Assembly (NCBI GenBank): GCA_013265495.1
Contig: MU057930.1
Coordinates: forward strand, 1,194,057 to 1,258,056
Reading direction: 5' to 3'
Source: Vicugna vicugna
Lineage: Eukaryota
Length of the DNA: 64,000 nucleotides
Position 1 is the stretch's first letter. Every line of letters starts with the position of its first letter. Shown here piece by piece: positions 49,480-61,900 of this stretch. Both the position numbers and the translations under genes were made by a program. The notes beneath the pieces are model-generated. The model was not told the origin of the DNA. It saw only the letters and a program-made list of their open reading frames with translations, and searched no databases.

Positions 49480-51850
49480 ACACCCTATGTCACGTCTACT
49501 TCACCACAATTACAAAGTGGGGGGAAAAGGAAAACCAAGGGAAAAGGTGATAGGTGCCCAAGAAGAGAGACACAGACCGAAGGCAGAAAACAGTCTAGAA
49601 GTGGACCTGCACATGTGCCCACTTCTTGTAAAGAAAAGTGATGAAGAAATTCAGTGGGAGAGGAAAGTATTTCCAACAAGTGTTGCTGCGATGCTTCAAG
49701 GTCCACGTGGAGAAAAATGAACTGTTTCAACCCCCACCTCAGACGGTGTCTAAAAATCCACTCAAAATGATTTAAAACGTAAGCACTAACCATGAAAGGG
49801 GAAAAAATTACTGTGTTATGCTTTTGCAAAATTAAACACTCTTCCCCAAAAAAGCTAAACAAGTGAATGACAGGCACATGGAAATGTCCTCAACATCATT
49901 AGGATAAGAGAATTCCAGTACAAAAGCAAAATTAGATGTCATTAGTGCACATCAGAAGAGCTACAATTTAAAGGAAATCACCGCCCCAAATGTTGGTGTG
50001 TAAAATGGTACAAGTGCTTCGGAAAACTGTCAGCAGTCTTAACAAATATTTATAACTTCAATGAACCAGCAACTCTCCCAGATATGTACGTACCCAGGGA
50101 AGATAAAAATGCACGTGTTCAATGCTGACAGCAGGTTTACTCCTAACAGACATGAACTAGAAATATGCCAGTCTTCGCCCAGCTGAAGGAAGGCCATTCT
50201 TCACACTGCACACTTCCCACTTTACTGGAGGAACACTGCAGAAGCTCCCAGTCCAGAGACATAAGCCCACACGAAAACACGCTTGATCGTGACATCATAA
50301 AGCAGCGTCCTTCCCAGACTGCGTCATCACATCGGTACCTTCCCTTCCCCAGACATCACAGAAACAGCGCTCCAGTGCCGTAACAGTGCATCACACATAC
50401 ACAACTTCATGACGCAGCGTCTCTTTGAGGAGGAGCAATGACGGAAGCCCAAAGTCGAGAGACACAATGGACCAGGAAGCGCTGGAATTTATCAATACCA
50501 AACACTAAATGTAGCATGACTGTTACCAGATCATCGAAAGTCCTCATACACAACTCGTGTTGATTTTACAGCCTGTTACACAACACAGGATATCAGGCTT
50601 TCAACCAAAACACCAGGATTTCCATCAAAAAAACACTACAGGGCATGTGGGAAGGCAAAACCAGCAGCAACAGTAACCATCCTAGTAATGATATGACCAG
50701 TGTTAAGGGAACATGACAAACACTTCCATGCTCACAGGTTTGGTAACTTACGTGAATTGGATCAATTTCACGACAGGCACAAACTACCACAACTTTTACA
50801 CGATGGAATCTAAAACCTGAACGGGCCTATAGCTCACGAAGGAATCAAATTAATAATACACTTTCAAGGCAAAACAAAGCAGCATGCCCCAGCAGCTCCG
50901 CTGGGGAATTCCGCTACACATTCCACGAATAGAAGCCAATTACCCATAAGCTTTTACGTAAAACAGAAGCAGAGAAACCACTTCCTAACTCATTTGCTGT
51001 GTCTAGCTTTATCCAAGTACAAATATTAGATCAAGAAATTATAAGAAAGGAAAACTACAGGTCAGTATTTCTCATACACCCCCAGCACACCACTTGCAAA
51101 AATTATATATGAGAACGCATATGTATACGTGTGTTTATAGACTGACTGACTGATGCATCAGGACCAGAAGGGATGTACAGGTATGCAAGGGCTGTTAACA
51201 TCCAAAATTCAGTCAAAGTAACCCAAAACACCAGCAGGCTGCAGAAGAAAAACCGTATCATCTCGTCATGAATGCAGAAAAGAGCATCGAAACAAACGTA
51301 AAAATTGATGGAAAAATAACAGCACCTTATTCGTAAAGGGAGACTTTTCAACTTGACAGCAAACATCTACAAAAAGTCTACCTCTGACATCATACTTAAT
51401 AGTGAGAAAGCGCACGATTTCAGCCTAAGATCAGGAACAGTGCAAAGGTGTCCTATCAACATTGTGCTAGAAACCTTACCTGGGGCCATAAAATGCAGGA
51501 AGGGAAATGCTGACAGTTTGAAAAGACAGACATAAATCCATCTTTCTGTGCAGATGACATCGCTGTTTATGTAGAAAATCCCAGAGAACCAACGAACTAT
51601 TTCCAGAACTAAGAAATGACTCCAGCCAGGTTCTAGACGACAAAGTCAACGTACGAAAAATAAACAGCTCACCCAAATGCCAGCGATGAACAACTGCAAT
51701 TTGAAATACAAAAAAGTTACAGTATCAGATAAACGTAAATATTTAGGTATAAAGTTAATAAAGTACACAGAGGATGTCTACCTGGAAATCCCCAGACATG
51801 TGATTTAAGAAACAAAAAAAATGTAAATGAGGAGATATTTGGTGTCCACG
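49480..51850 (+). mobile_element. Old L1 ORF2 fragments (rearranged order)
   Basis: aaattcagtgggagaggaaagtatttccaacaag (ORF2 3'). RT-region remnants 50780-51800: ggggaattcc..catacttaatagtgagaaag..cctaagatcaggaac..gcagatgacat..tatgtagaaaatccc. Confidence 0.7.
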
Positions 51851-52739
51851 GGTCCACAGGTGCGATGTGAGTCACTAAGGTCTGAGATGATGCATCTGCC
51901 CTGAGGGCAAATCCTCCTAGGAGGCAAGTGGAGTTAGGATTCTAGGCGAAGGTGTCTGGCAAATGTCCCACAAGGGACAGGGTCCCTGGAGGAGACTGGC
52001 AAACGTCTTTCCCAGCACTGATCAGCCAGCCGAGGACGAGTGAGGAAGGGACGGTGACTCAGAATCTGACACCGACATTTACAAGGGTCTGGGGACACGG
52101 CCCTTGCCCTTCAGAGTCTGCTGTCTCTGGGAGGGGGTCTGGCCCAGCCGTCCCGACCCCAGGGGCCTGGGGGCGTCTCCCTCCTCCGCCTGCTTCCCCA
52201 GGAGAGCGCAGAGAACTCGGTGCTGTGACAGGTCGGTGGCCCGTCCTCCTCCCTTAGGAAAGGAGAGCAGTTTCCCCAAGGGAGGCTTTCCTGGGGCGAG
52301 ACCCCTGCTGGCTCTGAGCTGGTGGCTGGGAAACAACAGCCGGGGAGCAGGCGGGGCAGGGACACAGGGCCCCAGAGTCTGCACCTTCCCTGCAGAGAAT
52401 CAGATGCCACGCCCTCCTTTTCCCAGGGACTAACAAGCAAAACAGGTTTGTCTGCCTCCCCTGTCGGGACCACAACGTTACACCTTGTCGGCACGGGTTA
52501 TTCTGATGTAACATAAACTGCACAGCCATCCTTCTTCTTGACAAAAAGAATCTCGGTGCAAACTTGTGACTGAAGGGCTGATTTTCAGGCCGTTTTGCTC
52601 TGGAGCCTAAAGGAGACCGTGGCCATGCCGTGATGCGTGGAAAGAAAAAAACAAAACAAAGCATCTTTTTGTCCCACATGAGTTCGTAACTCAAAGCCGC
52701 CCCGTTTTGGAGAACGCAGCCCAGAGAGAAGTGCAGGGA

Positions 52740-53230
52740 AGAACTCAACGAACGTGTCCTGCTCTGAGGGGCTTTGCTGGCGGGTGGCGGCAGCGAGGAC
52801 GCTGAGACTCGGGGCCACAGTCACCGGGGAGCTCAGTACCCCACCCCACCCTCAACAACGAAGACGCCAAGCGAGCCGGCAGCCCGGAGCCCGGCTGGGC
52901 CCCAGCCCGAGCGCTTGAGCGGGCACAACCTGTGCACGGCGTCCAGAGCCCTGCCAGGTGGCCCGGCCCACGGGGGCTCTCCTGAACGAGGCCGCTCACC
53001 CAGACGGCGGCCTCCTAACCCGAACCGGGAGGCGACTGTCCTCCAGGAAAGAAACCCAAGCTCCGGAGGCCGGCGGGGGGCGCTGGAACAGGGGGCCTGG
53101 CCCGGGTCTCTCAGGGACCCCCAGCCCGGCCACGACCCCCGGGAACAGGCCCCTGCACCTGCCTGCTGGCCGCTCCCAAACCTGTTACCAAACCAAGGTC
53201 CTTCGGCCCAACTCACAGCAAGCTAAGACG
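52740..53230. promoter_or_regulatory. CpG-rich island-like segment within a GC-rich block (~52000-54350)
   Basis: Dense CpG (gcgggtggcggcagcgaggacg, ccggcagcccggagcccggc, gccggcggggggcgc) contrasting with the AT-rich flanks. No gene assigned. Confidence 0.45.
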
Positions 53231-53479
53231 GTGTGTCTTCAAGACGCAGTCAGAGGACAAGACAGGAGGCCAGACCTCAAGCCCCCCAGGGAAACACCTG
53301 GGGCCGGGCTGCATGGGGGGCAGGAGCAGGGAGGCCGGGCCGGGCGGGCAGGTGACTGGGAACAGCTGGGGACCCTCCCACGCAGGTGGGGCTGGGCCAC
53401 CCCGTCCTGTTCACAAGGGCACCGGCTGACCTGCCAGCCTGGTCCCAGTCTAGGGCAGGCCTGGGGCGACCCTGAAGGG

Positions 53480-53910
53480 GGGTGCACGTGACCTGGAGCC
53501 GGCCTCGTGTGCACAACCCTCAAGGCCCTCTGTTAGAAGGCAGGGCCCTGGACATGCGCGGGTCAGGAATATGGAGGCAGAGTCATCTGAAGGCAGAGCA
53601 GGGCGGGGAGGGCAGGGAGAGGTGACTGGAAGAAGGTGCGGGAACCCTCCATCTCCTCCGGGTAACTAGGCTATGGGCTTACCCTCTTCAGGTCACCAAA
53701 GGCCACCTGGGCAGGGCGGGGCACACGTCCATCACAGGAGTGGGGTGCACGTGACCTTGGGCAGGGGCCCACAATCAGTCCTCAAGGTCCTCCCCGAGAA
53801 GGCAGGGCCCTGGGGACATGCGGGTCAGGAATATGGAGGCACAGCCATCTGAGGCCTGGGCACTGCGGGGAGGGAGGGGAGATGTGACTGGAGAAAGCAC
53901 TGGACCCCCT
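53480..53910. repeat. Diverged tandem repeat, period ~263 bp
   Basis: gggtgcacgtgacct..cctcaagg..agaaggcagggccctgg..acatgcg..ggtcaggaatatggaggca..catctga..gtgactgga at ~53480 and ~53743. A weaker third copy lies at ~53270-53400. Confidence 0.75.
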
Positions 53911-55949
53911 CTTCACAGGGGGCACTAGAACACAGAGACTCGCGCACTCACAAGGGGACTAAGGGCCCTGCGTGCAGGCCCCGGTGAGGGGTGGGGGTCC
54001 TGGTCCACGCCACTGGCTCCGCCCAGTCTAGACACAGCTGATCCACATTCCTGGACCACAACCCCACCCAGCGTCTTACTGTTCAGGCTCCGGGCCACCT
54101 GGAGGATGGGACGTCTTCCCCACCTTGAGTAGCGATGGCGGGCGAAATGCATTTGGCACGTAATGCACAGTACAACCTAAGAATCCAGGGATGAACCAAC
54201 GCAGCTGTGACCCTTAAAGAAGGTTTTAAAACTGCAGTGGATCGGCGGGGTCCAACTGGCCAGGTGTCGCCTGACTGCTCTGGATTGCTGCCTGCGGCTC
54301 AAAGCGGCCCGGCACCAGCAGGCTGTGTGTGGGGTCAGGCCGTGTCTCACGCCCACTTCCTCCTCCAGAAGCCAGGGGCAATTCAGTCACCAGTAAGGTC
54401 AAAGTCAGATGACAGTAACTTTAAAGAATAAAGTTTTAAATGCAAAAAAATGAGGAAATAAAATTAAGAAGCACTTCAGAGTGCCCAGCAGGGACGGACC
54501 ACACTTGTTTGTCCTTCCACCTTCTGAGGGGCTTCTGTGTTGCTGCAGCCTCCTGGATACTGTGAACAGTGCGGGTCTCAGACTCGCACACAGCTATCCG
54601 TCTAAACAGCTGTTTCAGTTCTGCTGGGTGCACACATCCGAGTGGAACTGCTTGTTATGGGTCCAGAAGGAGCAAATGTGGAAAGTATCTAATCCATACG
54701 TCTTTCAGGGAGGGTAACAAAATGTTTTGGAACTAGAAGGAGTTGATAGTTATAGTACGTTGTGAACGTACAGAAAGCCACCGAATCGCACACATTAAAG
54801 TGATTAAAATGATGAAACATAAACGCTTGCACATTCCGTAATGCTAGTCGTCAGTTACACAGAACTTTTTGTTTCAATATGGGTTTAAGATGTTGTACAA
54901 TAACCTAAGCCAATGCTGTGAAATGCTGTCAATATTTTATTTCACTGTATCAGTTTCGCTGAGACCGGCTTTGAGAAGAGGTGACCAGCAGAGGCCCCTG
55001 GACAGAAAGCAAACCTCTGCCCCTCGCCCGTCTCTCATTATGCCCTCCAGGGGTCTGAAGGTGGAGGCTGCGCAAGTGCCGGGCCCCATGGGTGGGGAGG
55101 GGAACGGGTCCACCCACTGTACCAGTTCCTGCCGCTTCTGTGAAAGTGAAGTATCTCCGTCACATTATCACTCAACCATGTTCCTCCGAGGTGTCCATCC
55201 AAGATGATTCAACTAATGTCCACAAAAAAAAAAAAAAAAACCTGTTCATGAATGACAGCTGAAGCTTCATTCACAACAGTCCCAAAGTAGAAGTAACCCC
55301 GAGACAGCCGTCAGCCCGAGAATGGACCACAACACTTGCATAATGGAGTTCTAATAAGCAACGAAAGGGAACAACTTCGCGACACAGCCAACCTCCTAAG
55401 GTTCCTCGGAAAGACTACGTTCACAAAAGACGCCACTGTGCACTGCTATTAGAAGACATGCCGCTGAGTCTCCCTTTTTAAATCCAGAACGGCAGCGTCT
55501 GCCCTCTGATACACCGCTGGGTTTGGTTCATTTACGTTTAATGCAGTTCACAGCACAGGCAGTCTAAGTCTGGGATTTTTCAGTTAGTTTTCTACTTGCC
55601 TGTTGCTTCTGTCCTTCTGTCCCATGGATTTCATGACCCTGTAGACACCTGCTTAACAGGTTACTCAAGTCACCTTTCATGTTTTATTTTAATTTGTCTA
55701 CTGCTGTTTATCTGTGGCTTTTGAAATTATTTGTGTAGTTGCATATAATTATGTCATTTACCCAGTATGTCCTTTTATGTCGACAGACAATGCCTGCCCA
55801 GATTGGTGTGCTGTTTTGTTCAGTCTTCAGTGGCTTCAGAGAGATGGCTGTATCTTGTTTGCAACGGTCAGACGCTGAATGAAACGGCTGATACAAGCTA
55901 AACTATCACTGCCACCTGAAAGACGGATTTCCATTTAAAAAGCAACCTC

Positions 55950-56560
55950 TTAAGAGATTTACTGAGACGGACTGAGTTTCACTAACAATGTTTATAAAAA
56001 GGGAAATTGGAGATATATGGCCATTTCTATGAACTGAGAAAACTGATAAAATTCAAAAATCATTTATAATTTAAAAATTACTTTCAGCCAAGCTGTGATA
56101 GAAGAGATTTGCCTTAACCTAATAAAGACTGGGCAAAATATCACCTCCGGATTCTGGAATAAATGGCAAAATATATTTTTAAAAATAATTTGAAAGAGAC
56201 TGAGCCACTCTGTTCATCGCTGCTCCAGAAATAATGTGAGGAAAACGGATACTATGCGTGTGTATCAGAAAGGAAGATAAAAAGTATGCCTGTGCAAATG
56301 GCATTATTTGGTACACAGAGAGTCTGAAGTAATCTACACACAGCCACCGGAGTTACCGAGTGATTCTGCAAGATTACAAATAAAAATTTACTTCTACCGA
56401 GAAACAAAAGGAAATGTCCAAACGATGGATTTACAATGGCATAAAAACAATTCCATGACTGAAAATATGCATATTAATTCACCAATAGGAAACATGTTAA
56501 TGTGATAGAGGAAAATGGTACCTTTTGGAAGAATGAACATTTTAAAGATCTCTATACGAG
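55950..56560 (+). mobile_element. Old L1 ORF2 fragment
   Basis: gaaaactgataaaattcaaaaatcattt..ccttaacctaataaag..aaaggaagataaaaagt..gcaagattacaaat. Confidence 0.55.
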
Positions 56561-57069
56561 ATACGTCTTCCATGCCACTGGGGTCCCTGACCAGGGAAAC
56601 ACAGAGACCCTTGGGTGAAGCTGGAGCCTCAGTGTCTCCCAGAGGTGCACTTCTAGTTCTAGGCTGTGTCTCCCTCCAGGTGCAGACTTTAGTATCTGGA
56701 ACAGCAGCAGAGAGAGGAAAGTCATCCCCGACTGGCTGCGAGTCCACACAGTGTCACATACGTGCCCCAGCTACCTACTGGCCATCACAGGAGAAGCAGT
56801 CAACTCTAAGGGCTGGAACCTCTCTGGGAGGTTTGTAGGACGCTTGAGGAATGAAGCAAGCAAGAGCCCCAGGGCCCGTTCACCACGTTCACCAGAAGGC
56901 CAGGCCCCAGGACCGACAATCGGCCAAAAGAAACAAAAGAGATTTAGGAGACAAAGAACTGAGCACGAAGGGAATGAGGTAAGGACCCCACTGTGCATCT
57001 GGGCCCATTAAGTAGACAAAGGCTGGTCCACAGGAAACATGGAGACCGGCTTATAAATCCAAACCTGGA

Positions 57070-58010
57070 TGCTAAAAAAATCCACATACTCACTTACAGG
57101 CAATTAATCTACAACGGAGCGGCAGGAATATACAACGGAGAAAAGACAGTCTCTTCAATAAGTGGTGCTGGGAAAACTGGACAGCTAGAGGTTAAAGGAT
57201 TAAATCAGATCATTTTCTAACACCATATACAAAATTAAGCTCAAAATGGATGAAAGATCTTAATGTATGACCAGATATGATAAAACTCCTAGAGGGACTC
57301 AAAACCACACCTGTGACAACGTCTACCATCAAACAGACACAAATAAGAAATGTCGGCGAGGGTGTGGAGAAAAGGGAGCTCTCCTGCACTGTTGGTGGGA
57401 ATGTAGTTTGGTGCACCCACTATGGAGGAGAGTATGGAGATTTCCTCAAAAAGCTAAAAATAGAACTACTATATGACCCAGTAATTCCACTCCTGGGCAT
57501 ATATTTGAAAAAAATGAACACACTAATTGAAAGACATACATGCACCCAAAGGTTCACAGAAGCACTGTTTACAGCTGCTAACACAGGGAAGCAACCTAAG
57601 GGTCCATCAATAGATGACTGGATAAAGAAGCTGTGGTTTATTTATACAGTGGAATACTACTCAGCCATAAAAAAGAATAAAACAATGCCATATGTAGCAG
57701 CATGGATGGACCTGGAGATCATCATTCTAAGTGAAGTAAGTCAGACAGAGAAAGACAAATATATTGTATCACTTACATGTTGAATCTAAAAAAACAGAAC
57801 TAGAGAATATAACAAAAAAGAACCAGACTCACAGATACAGAGAACCAACTAGCAGTGACCAGTGAGGAGAGGGGAGTAGAAGGTACAAACTACTGGGTGT
57901 AAGACAGGTTCAAGGATGTACTGTACAACATGGAGGAACATAGCCAATAATTTCTAATAACTGTAAATAGAAAGTAAGCTTTAAAAATTGTATAAAAGAT
58001 TAAAAATTTT
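57070..58010 (+). mobile_element. L1 ORF2 C-terminus and 3'UTR with internal deletion near 57295
   Basis: ORF 57277-57783: [81 protein letters not shown]. Confidence 0.9.
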
Positions 58011-58829
58011 TTTTCTAAAAGTAGCATGTTTTTCCTCAAAAAAAAAAAATCCATTAATCAGATCAAATAAGCAACTAGGGAGGCTTAGGAGTCAAGCCTG
58101 AAAGTACAGAATATATTTAGGTTTCTGAATAAAGAACCCCTGTGTTGATACGTAAAGACTTAAAAAAAAAAAATGAACACTGTCAGTTTCTGTTTGGAAA
58201 GGAAAAGGGACTGAAATCAATTCCAACACGGATGGGATGAGGTTTACAAGCAGTTTTATGATGCTTTTCCGGTCTCCTTGTAAGGGGCACCCTTCTCGTT
58301 TGCAAGATGAAATGTTCCTGACTGTTCCTGTTGCCAGTGGGTGAATTCCTCAGAAACGCGAATTACATTGTGGTGGCCACAACCAGAGACGGTTACTCAA
58401 AATCTGAACTGGCGAATGTTCACAGCAACACCCTTTCCTGACTCTTGGGGTTCATTTGTGTAACCTTTCTTTAAAATATTCCGCAGAACACTAACCTCTC
58501 GAGACACTCTTCAAGAAAATGTCTTCCGACCAGATAGCTGTATTTTTAGACATACTGCCTAACGCACGGCCCAGCTGGGGTTTTACGACGTTGCCTGACG
58601 TATCGAAAGAGGTCAGGAGGGCTTTGTAACAGCAGATCTGATTTCACTGATCAACCTTTCACCAGAAGCCCTGACCTAAATTGAACACAGCATACTATGA
58701 CCACCCACTAATTCTGCAGACCCTTACCGTTACTCACCACTAATACAAGCAGTGCTTCTGAACAGCTGTAGAAGTCAATCGAATCAAGCAGCTACTTGCA
58801 GCTTGTAGGTGAGTAGTAATGACATCTGT

Positions 58830-58936
58830 CACATACATACATACACGTTTACATATAAACCTATACGTACATATATACATATATATTTACACATATATAC
58901 ATTTACATATGTACACATATGTTTATACATATATGT
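58830..58936. repeat. Degenerate (TA/CA)n low-complexity tract
   Basis: acatacatacatacacg..atatatacatatatatttacacatatatac. Confidence 0.8.
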
Positions 58937-61900
58937 GTGCAGTTCACACTGTCTTCACCAAAAATCAATTTCCAAATAGCCACTTATTTATCACAGAATG
59001 TTATATAAAACCATCAAAAAACTTTTCTTGGTTTAAAATTGTCTGGGCATCTGAGGACGGGTCCAGACTCTGTAACAAATGCCCCTTTATTTAACAGGAC
59101 TGTAATTCCTTCAGTTACAGTGATGAAAACAGTGTGTTTGTGGTGCCATTTTTTTTTTCCGGTTCTGGGTTGAAAACTATGTGGACAATTCTGCAGTTAT
59201 GGACATAATGTTTCCAAATGATACATGGCAACCACAGAAGGAAACAAAACACAGCAAAAAACAGTGTTTTGGTGTCTCAGAGATCCCCTTGGAAAAGTCA
59301 GTAGAAATGTATCATACTGTAATTAACGATGTATCCATAGACGAACAAGTCTGTGTTCTCAAGTTTATGAACTGAGAACAGTGTCTACTTTCGACACAAA
59401 CATGTGGCAGGCTAGACTTTGCGTGCCTCAGGACATTTTGTGTTATCTCCTTGAACGCTGGCAATGATACATATTTTCTAGTATAAGGCTAAGTGATCCG
59501 CTTGGAGGTCAGGCTCCCGGACACATCAGTTCTCTACTCCCACCAAGCAAAGGCATTTAATTACAAAACATCCCGTGTCAACCTGTTCCACTGTCTGTTA
59601 GCAAACATTTCCTTTCAGCCTTCCTGTTTTTAATTCCCCAACCATGAACTGCTTGTTCAGTTTGAGGCAAAATGAGACTCTGCCAAAGTTCATCTGACCG
59701 ACCCCAACAGTTCAGGTCGTTCCGTTGAGTGCTCTGTAAGTGGCCCACAGAGAAAGCACTTTGACGGTTAAATTCATAAAAGCTCCCGACGCGATCATCC
59801 CTGGGGTAGGAACACAGAATCAGGGCCCTTCAATGACCACAATGAAAGAAATGGACAGGCTCTTTTTTTGGGAAATTTATTATCTCCAGGGTGAACAGTT
59901 TCTTTCCAGGGTTCTAATAAAGAGAAAAATCAACCAGCCAACAAAGAAATAAAAGGAGAAAACTGGATGCCTAATATTTCAAATGTTAGCATTCTTTTTT
60001 TTTTCCCTAGACTCTACTTTTCAGTCATCTTTCAGTACAAAAGCCATTCAAACATGCAAATGGTTTTAACGATTGGGGGGAAAAAGAAGGAAACAAATGT
60101 GTGCTAAAAAACTTCTACACTGAAACGTACAAAATTGGCTGTAAGGGTTCCCTCTCTCCCTCTCCTGTTCTCTTAGTGTTACGTGAAATGCTATTTCTCA
60201 TACAAATTTCAACTGTGAAAAATCAAAACTGTCTTTTGAATTAAGTCTCATATTTCCATTCTACTTTACTTTTATTCTAAAATGAATGTAAGCAACAGGT
60301 GAGAAAAATGAAGTTCACACCGAGAGAGGCAACTGCCAACTGCAGATGCCCAGTGAAGCCTTTGTGCTAAGCTTTCCCCGGCGTTCTCCCTGTCTGCAGC
60401 CGCCGCCATCTCCAGGAACACATCAGTGGGTTGAATAACCTACCTTCCTGGAATGAGAAAGCAAGCGGTGCGAGGGAAGTTGCTTGTGGGTGACTGTTGG
60501 AACGTCTCCTGCTTAAATGATGGACCTAATAGTCTTCTATTTTAACAGTCTCCATTTTTCTGCCGATTTAAGTAAAACAGTGAGAACATTTTAGAATGAC
60601 TCTCTCCAACATTTCTGGGAGTGGTGAGTACACTGAAGAAAAGGAAAAGGAAAAAAACATACATGTCTGCCAATATGCAAAGTACATAGCAGTACATTCC
60701 TGTCTGCACATGTTATGCATATAGAAATGTCTATTTTTATATATGTAAAATATATATGATTACATATATACTAAATGGGTGTGTATGCATACACACACAG
60801 ATGTATATGCAGACAGAAAAACACTTGTAACATATATACACATATACATATATTCCTGTCCTGAAGGATTAAGAATTATACTGTACATGTAGATTTTCAT
60901 GAATTTTATGTACTTATGTTAAATAAAACTTTTAATATTTGAGCATGTGTATCAAGTCATTGGCAACAGAAAATATATGGCTGAAAATCCATTTCTATCA
61001 CAAATGCCTTTCTTTTAACTATCAACTTCGGCAAACTTTTACTTTCAGATTGAATCAATTTCTCTCACAAACACAACAGTGTTTTGTGACTCGATTTCCA
61101 TCAATAAAAACGTTATTTCTCAATTTAAAAACTTTAAATATTTAAGGGTTTTTTTTTTCCTGATAACAGTTATTGAAACATTCACCATGGTCTTATTTCT
61201 TTGCCCTCTAGTCTGTCATTCAAAAACCAGGTATTGATCAAATACAGTAGAAAAATATGCTGTTTTTAAGGAGAGCACCAGAAATGTGTGGTTTCTATAT
61301 AAATAGGCTATAGTCCTTGCATGCATTCCTGTATCTTAAAATAACTTAAAATCCTGAAATCCAAGAAAAATCAAGACGTTACATATGTCAAGAGCCTCTT
61401 AGGGTATAAACTGCAGCTACAACTCCATACGAAATGTCTAAACTGAGTTTGTAGTGGGAAACGTCAAATTCTGAATTCACTTAAAAAAAGAGCGGCTTCG
61501 AACGCAGCCATAAAGTGAGATAATGGCTCACGGAGAGTGGGAGGAAGACAAAGGGGTTTAAGAAGTTACTTGATCGCTACGCTGCACCCCGATGCGTTTT
61601 CAAAGACTGTAGCAGCCGGTTCAGAAGCAAAGCCAGAATATGTGAGAATCTGTTGTAACTTAGAAGAATCTGATGACACAGCTTAAGCTAGAACGTAGTC
61701 CACACGTGAGATGTGCTCCCAAAGCATATGCCCAAAGTCTTCACCAGGTGGAAATCTTAACTATGTTCACAGCTATTTAAAATGTTTCTTTGGTGATTTA
61801 AGAATGTGTCCAGGAAGAGATTCTCGTGTATGAAATGACAAGTACCAGAGGGAGGAACGTTACCAGGACCAGAAATGAGGAGAAACTGTCACGAGTTCAG

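Noticed and set aside
52079..53523. Many overlapping 100-177 aa Pro/Gly/Arg-rich ORFs
   Set aside because: Expected from stop-codon scarcity in GC-rich DNA. No recognisable domain or splice structure.
57277..57783. 168-aa ORF
   Set aside because: L1 ORF2 C-terminal remnant fused across an internal deletion. No evidence of domestication.
59181..59375. 64-aa ORF in the unassigned region
   Set aside because: Non-ATG start, no recognisable homology and no convincing splice sites.
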